Counted from the whole stretch's first letter, positions 13,866 to 25,850 are shown. The stretch: 63,192 nucleotides of DNA, filler included, from Octopus bimaculoides (GCF_001194135.2; 5 parts of 4 records of this genome joined end to end with filler, not necessarily neighbours in it), one strand, 5' to 3'. Notes: generated by a model not told the origin, from the sequence alone. Numbers and translations are program-made.

Positions 13866-14275
13866 TTTCTACTCTAGGCACAAGGTCCGAAATTTGGGGG
13901 GAGGGGGCCAGTCGATTAGATCGACCCTATTACGTAACTGGTACTTAATTTATCGACCCCGAAAGGATGAAAGGCAAAGTCACCCTCGGCGGAATTCGAA
14001 CTCAGAACGTAAAGACAGACGAAATACCGCTAAGCATTTCGTCCGGCGTGCTAACGTTTCTTATTTCTTTACTGCCCATAAGGGGCTACACACAGAGGGG
14101 ACAAACAAGGACAGACAAAGGGATTAAGTCGATTACATCGACCCCAGTGCGTAACTGGTACTTAATTTATCGACCCCGAAAGGAGGAAAGGCAAAGTCGA
14201 CCTCGGTGGAATTTGAACTCAGAACCTAACGGCAGACGAAATGCCGCTAAGCGTTTCGTCCGGTGTGCTAACGTT
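13866..14275 (-). mobile_element. SINE family A, two tandem copies
   Basis: Two consecutive reverse-complement copies (about 13866-14059 and 14116-14275) sharing cgaccccgaaagga.gaaaggcaaagtc.acctcgg.ggaatt.gaactcagaac. Confidence 0.88.
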
Positions 14276-14949
14276 TCTGCCAGCTCGCCACCTTAAAACA
14301 AATGAAATATTGGTGGAATTTTGCTTTACGTACGCCATGTAACCCCTCATAGCTATTTAAGTTTTTGGAATTTTCAGAATATTTTTGCGAAGTTATATTC
14401 TAAACTTAGGTTCCAGCGAATATATCTGTAAAATTCTCAGGGATCTTTATAGAAGAAGACAAGGTAGTTGTGTGACGTTCGTTCCTTCTTCAATGTCGTA
14501 ATTGGCGACACAGTTAAGATAACTTGGTAAGCAAACAGGAATAAAACCCGGTTTCTAAGCTCATCTACTCTATATGTAACTTTTACACTTTCTACTGCAG
14601 CGTTCAGTTACTTTGGATAGTACCGCTGTCAATTTGACAACAGCCCAGTTTAGCGTCAATTAAACATGAGAAAGTATAAATAGGAAAAAATGAAAGAAGC
14701 TGAACTGATTCCAACCGATATAATTGGAAAAGAAAAAAAAAAACGAACATTCTAAATCCTTTTCATCTAAGTTCTTACAATTCAAACTGTCAAGGAACAG
14801 ATGAAATCACGTGAAAATGCGCTGTTCGAGATATAATTGTATAAAAAAAAAAAGAAGAAAGAGAAGAAAACATTATCAGAGCAAGCGTCTTTAATATAAT
14901 CGAAGTGAATTTTGGACAAATATTCTCTTCGAAAATGATGTGTTGAGTG

Positions 14950-15021
<72 letters not shown>

Positions 15022-15238
15022 NNNNNNNNNNNNNNNNNNNNNNNNNNNNNNNNNNNNNNNNNNNNNNNNNNNNNNNNNNNNNNNNNNNNNNNNNNNNNNN
15101 NNNNNNNNNNNNNNNNNNNNNNNNNNNNNNNNNNNNNNNNNNNNNNNNNNNNNNNNNNNNNNNNNNNNNNNNNNNNNNNNNNNNNNNNNNNNNNNNNNNN
15201 NNNNNNNNNNNNNNNNATATATATATACACACGCACAC

Positions 15239-15269
<31 letters not shown>

Positions 15270-15750
15270 TGTATGTATGTATGTATGTACGAAGATATTG
15301 GTATGACATTTATTAACCTGTTACAATCGTTACAATAACAGGGGATCGATTTAAAATGCTGCAATGTATATACAAAAATTATTGTGCGAGTGCATATGAT
15401 ATTAGATGAAAATTCAATCCTGTCATTTCATCATGGCTTCCAAACGTTGGATTTGAAAGCATTTAGGCAGAATGTTGTCACCTCGGTCATTTATACGCCA
15501 TAGAAACCGATTAACCAGTCTCAGGGCTCGAAAAACCAAGATATGATTCACAAACAGTAGATATACGCTACTACCCCAAGTACCTGTGGTGCTAAAGTTA
15601 CGATACCTTCCTCTGTTTTCTGAATGAAAGTTTTATTAGACACTCCGTGATGAGATAAATTCCAGGCCGACAGAGTGACAGAATTTGAGACTGAACCCGG
15701 AACCATGTAATTGGAATGCAAGCTTCTTACCACACAGCCATTCCTGCGCT

Positions 15751-15863
<113 letters not shown>

Positions 15864-16113
15864 TCGTATATATACATACAGAGCCTCAACTGTGTATTTA
15901 AGAAATTCGCTTTGCACAAATGGGATAGAAAATCTTCAAAACGCACATATTCAAACACACATACACACGCGCATGTGCTTATGTTCGCCTATAAATAAAC
16001 TTAGAATTAAAGTTTATCCGAATATTCAAAAATAATACTTATGTATAATCCCTATATGCACCAGCATGACCGCAGCCACTTGGCTGAAACACATAAATAA
16101 AAAATAAATAAAT

Positions 16114-16148
<35 letters not shown>

Positions 16149-16678
16149 ATACATAGTAATAAAATGAATACACACAACATAACCTGCACATTCATACGCA
16201 GGCGTACTCACTCATAATCAAACAACACCAAATGTGCACATTCAACATGTAATACACGCAGATATCCGCACGCAATGCAGAATTCACACATATACATATG
16301 CAAAATACATTGCGCACACGCAATACAAACTGCGCTTACAGTCAAACAGCTGTACTGTAAAATCTGTACACATAGAAATTATATTATACACACACACTAG
16401 AAAGTATAGTCAATCATATACACCAAACAAAATACATACACACTCAAAATATATTGCGCACACAGTCAGAACGTACGCACACACGAGACTTTATCATGCA
16501 TATATTACAAATAGGCGAAGGCATAGGTGTGTGACTGCGAAGCTCGCTTTGTAACCACATGGTTTCGGGTTGCGTTCCACTGCGCGGCACCTTGAGCAAA
16601 TATCTTCTACTATAGCCCTGGATTGGTCAATGCTTTGTGAAGAAATTTGGTAAACAGAAATTGCTTGGAAGCCTCTCT

Positions 16679-16727
<49 letters not shown>

Positions 16728-17840
16728 CTGCTAGAAAGGAAGAACATTAGTTCTCCAAAGTAAAATTAGCAGCCTTCAAATCTACAGATTTATAACTTAC
16801 TATAACTTATTATAAAAAGGTCATCCATACTTTGCAACACCACCATTATACTTCTGGAGAATAATGATATGTAACCAACGACGCCGAAAGGGTACCAGAA
16901 AGTGATGCACACCTGCAAAGAGCCGCTGTTAATGAACCAGGTTACTATTGAACAATAAAAGACAGAAAAATAACCTTTGCATGGCGCGGATCGATTATTT
17001 GCTGGTTTATTACTCATCGATACTAGAAACACTCCACATTAAAATCTTCTATACTTACAAGGTACCTCACCCAAACCGTATCAAAATAAAACATATGACT
17101 ACAAGAGAAGATAATTAAAACCAGCTTACAAGAAGGATATTTCATTATATTCTGTATTCTTCTGTCTAACTCTGACTCATACCCATCTGATTTGCTATTT
17201 GCTATCTCGGGCAAAGCGGCCACTGTGGTATTGTACGTTTCAAATTCTTAAGTAGTCACAATAATGGTGAAAGAGATGAAATTCATAGTTATTAACTATT
17301 TTGCCACAGAAATATTACATCAAGTAACAGCTTTACAGAGCGGATTATTAAATGAGTTTTTTTCATTAAATGAAGAAAATGTGGGGTTTTTTTGTCATCG
17401 TTTATTAGCAGATCTTAAGCAGCAAGCGTCAGGAACAATCACAGGCTTCATTCATACCTTGCTACTTGTAAGTCGAGATTGCCACCGCCATTAAATATTG
17501 TGAAGAAGCCAGACGAAATGCCGTTATTGCAGTTTTGCTAAGAGAGGAAATAGTGAACACGCGTTAGATGATACAATACAACATCTCTAGAATTAGAAGA
17601 GGCCCGGATGAAAGCTAATCTCGATAATTCCTAATCGACACAATTGTTAGAAAATGTGGTTTCACAGCCTGCCTGCTTAGCGTTATCAACTTAATTGTAA
17701 TGACTCCTTTCATCTATCAGCTATTAGGAACGATTATAAGCACTTCCATTGGAGTAGTAAGATTAATAACTGACAAAATTACTCTGTCAAGGAATCTCTT
17801 TGTCATTACCGGAAAAAAGGTTACTCAAAGGTAACTGATC

Positions 17841-17916
<76 letters not shown>

Positions 17917-18154
17917 TATAATAATAATAATAATAATAATAACAATAAAAGGAAATTGGAATGCAGTTCCCAGTAGAACTGTTGCAAAAGGTTTTCCTCC
18001 TTGGCACGGCCAGAATAACCAGGAAAGTATCAGATTGCTGAAAAGAACGGATAGCATGGTACCGTAGACTGCAGGTAGCAAACCTGCTACGCATGCAAGA
18101 CTCCAGGGGCTCCAACAAAACCTGTGATAAGAAATAATAATAATAATAATAATC

Positions 18155-18224
<70 letters not shown>

Positions 18225-18230
18225 TGATGA
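17841..18230 (+). repeat. Compound trinucleotide microsatellite (TAG)n/(TAA)n/(GAT)n hosting a Dong 3' end
   Basis: Direct inspection: (tag)n 17841-17915, (taa)n to about 17940, (aat)n/(gat)n 18134-18230. Confidence 0.95.
17945..18133 (+). mobile_element. Dong/R4-clade non-LTR retrotransposon 3' end
   Basis: PVELLQKVFLLGTARITRKVSDC* matches the R4/Dong C-terminal LQK.VLLGTARI motif, followed by a short 3' UTR running into (AAT)n. Confidence 0.75.
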
Positions 18231-18234
18231 TGTT

Positions 18235-18525
18235 AAATTAAAGCTTCAGCATAATAAACTGGAAGATCAGTGAATTAGATAGAAATCCAGAAAACTATTG
18301 ACAGCATCAGCATACTAAAGTCATCACCTCAAAGCAGGCGTAGACACAATATATTTATCCCGCTTAGAAGGAGGCCGTGGCCTGATAGAAATAGAGGACT
18401 ATTGTAAAATGATAACAGTTGGACTAGAAAAGTACTTACGAACCGAAAGGCTACTGCATGGGTCACAAGAGAGGCCAGTAGTTTACTTTGGCGTGCCACC
18501 GTTTTCTGGAATATATGCAAAAAAC
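18235..18525 (+). mobile_element. Dong/R4-clade fragment (post-RT region)
   Basis: FSIINWKISELDR..HHLKAGVDTIYLSRLEGGRGLIEIED resembles the R4/Dong FG++NW...HHP+ADVDRLY+PR..GGRGL motif. Confidence 0.75.
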
Positions 18526-20681
18526 TAAGAATGGACGTAGTTTGTTCACTAATTGTTAACCAACTGGCTTCTTCATGTGTTTATCTCTTATTTTCACTTT
18601 CAATTTCAGTAAATAACATCTCAAAATATAATGCAAACAAGAAGTTGTATTTAAAACAAGGTTCTCAGCAAATCATATATGTTAACTCATGAATGTTAGA
18701 CAGCAATTCAGCTTATAAGCATAGTAACTGAAGATCTCAATTTAAGTCAATAAGTTTCTGATTCTTATCAAACTTGGGAATAAATCGAAGGCGTAGTATT
18801 ACATACTGTTCAAAGGGATTAGTCAATGCGTGAAACTTAAATAGCCTTGTGAAAAACTATTCTTTGAAGTTTGAAAATCTCCGTTATTCCAAATGGGAAT
18901 TATTTCTCCCGAAGCCTTACATTCAATGAAATCTCTTTCACTAACAGCAACTAACTGCATACCAAATAAATGATTTATTCTTTCTTTTCTAAAAACGTGA
19001 TTCAAATAGTGGATCTCAAACTGTTTAGAGAATGCCTAGGAGAAATATTTGAAATATTTTCTTGAGGAAATATGTTCGCCAACCGAAAACATATCATGAA
19101 GCTGACCATCTTCATAAAGTAGATGCCAATACTAATTTTGTAACTAATAGATTCAGTGAAGGACGAAAGGATACAGTAGATTACAAAAAGCTTGCACCTT
19201 ACTTTAATAAATATATTACTAATCTAGCCTTTTTGATATTTGGAGGTGATGTAAATTGACTTTAGGTCGAAGAGTGAGCTTAATAGTGTTTCATTTCTTA
19301 GAATAATTGATAACATATTCATGTAAATGATCTAAATTTAACATTAGTATAGGCTAATGTCGGTATTATACGTGGAACCTGTATTGGAGAACATAAACAA
19401 AATTCGATAAGTTTAATAAGGCTCTCAATTTACTTTAAGGGAAAATGAGTGCATTTATAACATGTAAACTATCCATTTTCTGGGATACAATTTTTGTTCT
19501 GCTACTCTATAGTGAGAAAGTCAGAGGCATTTAGGAACAACGTTGTCCCGAATGTTCTACAATTTTCTGGTTGGTTTCACATAGTTCTGATAAAGTAAGC
19601 CCACTTTTATGTATTTATCATCGCCCTTTAAAATTTTAAGTGTTGCATTTCGAGTTCTTAATGATAAACTATGAACAATTATTGAATCTGAAACACTCAA
19701 AGTTGATCATATATAATTGCTAGGAAAGAATCGATCTCTAACTTAAATTTCAAAGGCATTAACTACTCATGAAGAGAAACACCCGTCGATGTAACGAGTG
19801 AGGGTAGCCATTATAGGAAGGGTCAGAAAGTGGTGATATAGTTTTTTGCAAAATATTTTCATCTATTAATAGATCAAACATTTGCTTCTTTTTTTTCATA
19901 TAGCTTTGTCTCAAACAAGGCCCGAGGCCATTAGAGCATAAAAGATTATAAAAAAGTAAAGAAAGAGTCCTACACGTTCAAAAGATATTGATTGACAGAA
20001 AGCTTAATAAACTGAATATCGTAGACCAGAGGGAAACAAGACAATGGTAATGAATTCCAGCAGTTTGAAGAAAGACGTTATTAGAATAAAAGGACTTACG
20101 ACAAACAAGAAACTCAACAGAAAAACGAAGAGTCTGGGGTGAGAATTGTATCTTTAATTTTTCAGCAAATAGCGGTCATCGAAGATCAGAAATACAGAAC
20201 TACTTCGTTGTTGATTGGAATTATCTTGACATAAGATATATTGCGTCAACTTCAAAAAAGGAAACGCTTTGGCTTGATGCCAAAATTTTTTGTGCTGCTT
20301 CAAATTTTGTTTTATTTATCAACTTCGTGAATATACTTGTTATCCGGGTGACCGCCGGTATTATCAAAATATGAAATTCAAAATTTCCATTTCAGCTTAT
20401 ATTATATAAACCATCAAAAAATCCAGTCCCTGTTGCTGCATGGTGGCCAGTGTGCCTCAGTGATCCTGAGCGTTATTCCAGCTATGTACGAGTTCTTGGC
20501 AGGGTTTCCCATGCTGGACAGGTCAAAGAATGGTGGCCATCTATATAGTTGCAACTTACTAATTAACTAATTGAAGTGCGTAAATTCACTTTCTAAAATG
20601 AATAAACGAATTATTTTGTTGTATAATTCAATGATTTTTCAATGAGCCTTGAGTTTATGTACGCCGTATTGTTTTCCCTAG

Positions 20682-20898
20682 ATATGCTGAAGAAGCCGGT
20701 GGAATAGCATGCGCAGTGGACTGGGAGTCACGTGACCACAGTATGACTACCTACATAACAACCATATTCGTCGTTTGTTTTCTAATTCCGCTCCTAATCA
20801 TCTCTGTCTGTTACCTCCGGGTCTGTATGTTCATCCGAAAATTAGGACACGGCACGCAGGAGAACCCCGAGTGGACTAATCAAAAAGATGTAACAAAG
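20682..20898 (+). CDS. RRH: Peropsin-like opsin, internal exon encoding ECL2-TM5-ICL3 (YAEEAGGIACAVDWESRDHSMTTYITTIFVVCFLIPLLIISVCYLRVCMFIRKLGHGTQENPEWTNQKDVTK)
   Basis: Acceptor gttttccctag (AG 20680-20681) and phase-0 donor AAG|GTATTT at 20899. RY-x2-E-x5-C-x2-DW matches opsin ECL2 (E181/C187, bovine numbering). TM5 has F-x2-P-x7-Y. EWTNQKDVTK resembles the recalled vertebrate peropsin motif DWSDQIDVTK. Assignment to peropsin rather than another RGR/retinochrome-group opsin is inference. Confidence 0.92.
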
Positions 20899-21377
20899 GT
20901 ATTTTCTTTCTCTCTCTTCCCCCCCCCCCCTTGTCTCTTTGTCTTTTTCTTTGTACACATCGTGACTTAGTGGTTAGGGTGTTGCAATCACGATTGCAAT
21001 ATCATGGTTTCGAATCCCAGACCAATGGCTGCGTTGGGGTTCTGGAGCCAAACACTTCACTCAGCTGTAAATGAGTAACTCTAAGACAGACTGCGTCCTA
21101 TTCAGGGAAATGTTGTGATCTTGGATACGTATAGAGCTTAGAAATCAGGTAAACGTTCCTGTGAGTCATAGGACTCGAGACTTTACACACACACACACAC
21201 ACATATTTACACACGCCGGCTCCTTTCAGTTTCCGTCTACCAAATCCACTGACAAGGCTTTGATCGGCTCGAGACTATAGTAGAAGACAATTGCCCAAGG
21301 TGCCACGCAGTGGAACTGAACCCAAAGACATGTGGTTGGGAAGCAAGCTTCGGGCATTTATTGCATGTATATCATTA

Positions 21378-21589
21378 AGGCGGCGAGCTGGCAGAAACGC
21401 TAGCACGCCGGGCGAAATGCTTAGCGGTATTTCGTCTGTCTTTATGTTCTGAGTTCAAATTCCGCCGAGGTCGACTTTGACTTTCATCCTTCCGGAGTCG
21501 ATAAATTAAGTACCAGTTGTGTACTGGGTCACTCTGATCAACTGGCCCCCTCCCCCAAAATTTCGGGCCTTGTGCCTAGAGTAGAAAAG
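21378..21589 (+). mobile_element. SINE family A (tRNA-derived), reference copy
   Basis: ggcggcgagctggcagaaacg.. A box, gagttcaaattcc B box, ..cgataaattaagtaccag..gccttgtgcctagagtagaaaag tail. At least 10 homologous copies in the window. Confidence 0.9.
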
Positions 21590-22034
21590 GTTATATGTAT
21601 ATTATTCACACTTCCAGAATATGTATATATCTGTTCAAAACATACGTTTCTATTTTCAAATGCAGAAATAGAGAAAGAAAATAAGATAGGATTGAAACAA
21701 AAATTTAAGCAATCGATCTCTTTTCTTTTCTAACCTGTTCAAACATATTAAAAAAGTGATTCACTTTCTCTCCTTTTTTTTCTGCTAATTTGTACAATTT
21801 TGTACTTATATATTTGTCTGCTGTGACAGATAATATTGTGATTAAGAAGGGAGACAGCATAAAACCGACATTAAATGAATACTATTATACTATATTACGG
21901 AGATGTACTTGCATAGCAAGTGACCTGATCTGAGATCGTGTGCTGGAACGAAAACAATTGCAGCGTGGAAGGTGTTTATAAGCCATTTAAAATAACACAC
22001 AAAATCCGTTAGATTCACTTCAACATTTAAATTT

Positions 22035-22090
22035 AATTTGTCAAAATATTTTCGTCGCTTTGAAACCGCGACCTGTTCACTGACAAAATT
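22035..22090 (-). ncRNA. Minimal type-I hammerhead-like ribozyme with G3-C8 swapped core (GUGAACA)
   Basis: Minus strand reads aauuuuguca-GUGAACA-g-gucgc-gguuucaaa-gcgac-GAAA-auau-UU-ugacaaauu: stem I uuuguca/ugacaaa, 5-bp stem II, GAAA, palindromic AUAU, UH. The core differs from CUGANGA only at positions 3 and 8, reciprocally. Confidence 0.65.
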
Positions 22091-22227
22091 CTGTGCTGCA
22101 TCTGAGAAAGTAATAGTTAGTTCATGATATATATGTACATGTGTATGTATGTACATGTGCGGTATAGGGGGCATGTACCGTTTNNNNNNNNNNNNNNNNN
22201 NNNNNNNNNNNNNNNNNNNNNNNNNNN

Positions 22228-22239
22228 TTAATTAATTAA
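22228..22239. other. Assembly spacer TTAATTAATTAA inside a 100-bp N block (also 39098-39109, 45202-45213, 53674-53685)
   Basis: Identical 12-mer flanked by 44 N on each side at four sites; scaffolding linker, not biological sequence. Confidence 0.97.
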
Positions 22240-22283
22240 NNNNNNNNNNNNNNNNNNNNNNNNNNNNNNNNNNNNNNNNNNNN

Positions 22284-22312
<29 letters not shown>

Positions 22313-22315
<3 letters not shown>

Positions 22316-22530
22316 AGCACTCAGTCGGTTACGGCGACGAGGGTCCCAGTTGATACGATCAACGGAACAGCTGGCTCGTGAAATCAACGTGCAAGTAGCT
22401 GAGCACTCCACAGGCACGTGTACCCTTAACGTAGTTCTCAGGGAGATTCAGCGTGACACAGAGTGTGTCAAGGCTGCCTTTTTGAAATACAGGTGCTACT
22501 CATTTTTGCCAGCTGATTGAACTGTAGCAA
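22313..22530 (+). mobile_element. Dispersed repeat family D (SINE / LINE-tail-like)
   Basis: cccagttgatacgatcaacggaacagc..gctcgtgaaat..gctgagcactccaca..cccttaacgtagttctcag..gattcagcgtgacacaga recurs at about 44622-44895 and 63112-63180. Confidence 0.8.
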
Positions 22531-22626
22531 AAAGGATTAAGAAGATATCTCATTTAGAGATTTTAGAACTAGCTATTTTGCTCGTAACGAATTCAGCGGT
22601 TGTCTACCGCTTCTCTGTCTATATAT

Positions 22627-22756
22627 TGTGAGTAAGGACGATTGACTGGCATCTCTAGCAAGCAGGTGTCTAGTACAGGTGAAGGGTAAAGACCCAGGAA
22701 CCATGGGTTACTAGTCTTGCCAAGCTGGAGTGGGGTGATTCGCTCCCTTACTCACA
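22627..22756. mobile_element. 130-bp TG...CA MITE or mini solo-LTR
   Basis: Perfect 11-bp terminal inverted repeat TGTGAGTAAGG / CCTTACTCACA, flanked on both sides by ATATAT. Confidence 0.65.
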
Positions 22757-23002
22757 ATATATGGGACACAGATTGTGTGTGTTGTTAACCAGCTGGAAAA
22801 GACGTGTCGCTGGGTTAAAATGTAGTAACATAGTTCATTATATAACAGCCATGTTATAGAGGCAAAAAACAAGAAACTCTCCCATTTAGTATTGTTTCTA
22901 CTTAATGTGACAGACCCATTCAGGGAATCACACTGCTGCTATTTAGCCCTAGGAAGCTAGACCGCTTCCTGTTAGCCTTGACACATTTCCTGTGTCCTTA
23001 TA

Positions 23003-23045
23003 TTCAGAGACATGTTTCTGAGTCATTGCTCATCATCAGCCTGAA
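23003..23045 (-). ncRNA. Minimal type-I hammerhead ribozyme, canonical core
   Basis: Minus strand reads uucagg-CUGAUGA-ugag-caauga-cuca-GAAA-caug-UC-ucugaa: 6-bp stem I (one G.U), exact CUGANGA and GAAA boxes, 4-bp stem II, palindromic CAUG in place of stem III, GUC cleavage triplet. Predicted cut between 23009 and 23008. Confidence 0.85.
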
Positions 23046-23201
23046 GTAGCCGACTAGCTGGATGAAAAAACCTGTCTAGCCTTCACAAATATATATTTTT
23101 TCAGTGATATATATATTATATGTATGTATATATATATATGTGTATGTATGTATATATGTGTATATATGTATGTATATAAATATGCATATATATATGTATA
23201 T

Positions 23202-23235
<34 letters not shown>

Positions 23236-24921
23236 NNNNNNNNNNNNNNNNNNNNNNNNNNNNNNNNNNNNNNNNNNNNNNNNNNNNNNNNNNNNNNNNN
23301 NNNNNNNNNNNNNNNNNNNNNNNNNNNNNNNNNNNNNNNNNNNNNNNNNNNNNNNNNNNNNNNNNNNNNNNNNNNNNNNNNNNNNNNNNNNNNNNNNNNN
23401 NNNNNNNNNNNNNNNNNNNNNNNNNNNNNNNNNNNNNNNNNNNNNNNNNNNNNNNNNNNNNNNNNNNNNNNNNNNNNNNNNNNNNNNNNNNNNNNNNNNN
23501 NNNNNNNNNNNNNNNNNNNNNNNNNNNNNNNNNNNNNNNNNNNNNNNNNNNNNNNNNNNNNNNNNNNNNNNNNNNNNNNNNNNNNNNNNNNNNNNNNNNN
23601 NNNNNNNNNNNNNNNNNNNNNNNNNNNNNNNNNNNNNNNNNNNNNNNNNNNNNNNNNNNNNNNNNNNNNNNNNNNNNNNNNNNNNNNNNNNNNNNNNNNN
23701 NNNNNNNNNNNNNNNNNNNNNNNNNNNNNNNNNNNNNNNNNNNNNNNNNNNNNNNNNNNNNNNNNNNNNNNNNNNNNNNNNNNNNNNNNNNNNNNNNNNN
23801 NNNNNNNNNNNNNNNNNNNNNNNNNNNNNNNNNNNNNNNNNNNNNNNNNNNNNNNNNNNNNNNNNNNNNNNNNNNNNNNNNNNNNNNNNNNNNNNNNNNN
23901 NNNNNNNNNNNNNNNNNNNNNNNNNNNNNNNNNNNNNNNNNNNNNNNNNNNNNNNNNNNNNNNNNNNNNNNNNNNNNNNNNNNNNNNNNNNNNNNNNNNN
24001 NNNNNNNNNNNNNNNNNNNNNNNNNNNNNNNNNNNNNNNNNNNNNNNNNNNNNNNNNNNNNNNNNNNNNNNNNNNNNNNNNNNNNNNNNNNNNNNNNNNN
24101 NNNNNNNNNNNNNNNNNNNNNNNNNNNNNNNNNATATATAGTAAACAAAAGAATTTGGGGAGGCAAAATATAAAAATACTTGCTCATTTTATTTGTATCA
24201 CAATTAGTAAAGTAATGCAAATTAAAAAATTGAAAGATATATCCTTAAGAACAAGTATAATAGGAACTGCATCGACAAAGCAACCCCAAAATATCCATAA
24301 ATCTTCTGCACATGTTTCAATCCAACAATATATTTGAATCATCAATACTTGTAACTTTTATAAATGTAATAAACAATATAATTGTTAGATCTCTTCAGGA
24401 AAAATAAGTACATTCACTATCTTGAGTTACGAAATGACTTATTTGAAGACTATGTTAAGGAATTTTTGAATGTAAACAAACTACTTATAAGGACGCAGAG
24501 TTCATGTGATTAGAAATTTATCGTATAAAATTTTGCTAATATTGAACGTTGAAATTCTGCTAAAACATCAAATTTATTTGAAAAGTATATCTATTACTAT
24601 ATTTAAATTTAAATTTAAACATATTTATTCATAAAGGTTTATGTGAGGGAGATGGTAGAAAAAACAAATGTAACTTATCATGAGGGTTGTAATATAGAAA
24701 GAATTAGATTGGGAAATGTAAATAAAGATTGGATGAATAACATTTGTGTCATTAAGGATTAAAATGGTTAGGATATAAGGCAGAGTATACAAAAAAATTA
24801 AATGTGAAAATAATGACAAACACCTGACAGTAAACAAAATAAATGATAAATTGTTTATAGATAAAACTGAACCTATACTTCAAATTAATACGCATAACAA
24901 TACAATTAAAAACAATGATTC

Positions 24922-25010
24922 CAATAATAATAATAATAATAATAATAATGATAATAATAATAATAATAATGATAATAACAACAACAACAACAATAATAAT
25001 AATAGTGATA

Positions 25011-25077
<67 letters not shown>

Positions 25078-25122
25078 TGATGATGATGATGATAATGATG
25101 ATGATGATGATGATGATGATGA
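24922..25122 (+). repeat. Compound (AAT)n/(AAC)n/(GAT)n microsatellite
   Basis: Direct inspection; source of the poly-N/I/D ORFs in the track. Confidence 0.95.
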
Positions 25123-25189
25123 TATAATTTGGCTTATTTTACCTCGTATAAGACAAATGAAGACTAACCTCATCAAAGTTATCAATAAT

Positions 25190-25850
25190 AGTTAAAAACA
25201 TTTCACTTCTAGTCAATATAGTACCATAATTAATAATAATTTAATAAGGATAAGATTTTCCATTACTAAAAGCTTATTTAGACATATATCATTGTCAAAT
25301 AACATTAAACTTTATGAATGTTATATAGATAGAAGTATTCCCCCTCTAACTAGAAACACATATGCTGCTCAAACTGATTCTAATATTATACCTAGAAGAA
25401 ACAGAAACTCTAATAACGACACCAGCAATAATAATCTAAATAGTTTATGTGACTGTAGAGTTAAGGCAAATTGTAAATTTAACAATTACTGTAAACACAA
25501 AAACTTAGTTTACCAAGCAACAATTGAATCTGAAGGTAAATATTTCTATTATCTTGCAGCAACAGCATGTTACGTGAAATATTGTATCGCGAACCATGAA
25601 GCCTCGTTTCGAAATATTTACAAACACAAGTCTTAGTAAACTTATTTGGAAACTTATAGATAGTAATAAAACTTACAAAATTAGATGGAAAGCTCAAAAA
25701 ATAATGCTCTACCCTATTAGCCACCAGCTAAGACATGTTCGCTCTGCCTAAATGAAACGTATTGTATCCTATTCTTTAAGCACAATCTCTTGAATGATAA
25801 ATCAGAAAAAGTTTACCAATGTTCGCTACACATAAATACATCTTTTCTAA
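25190..25850 (+). mobile_element. Penelope-like element fragment (GIY-YIG region)
   Basis: ORF 25292-25636 has NNIKLYEC, CDCRVKANC..C..KNLVYQATI, YYLAAT and NHEASFRN; downstream frames give LWKL..KLDGK and CSLCLNETYCIL. Confidence 0.8.

Noticed and set aside
24135-24850. Possible further Penelope RT fragment (GTA..TK..P motif)
   Set aside because: Only one weak motif after assumed frameshifts; cannot be supported by eye.
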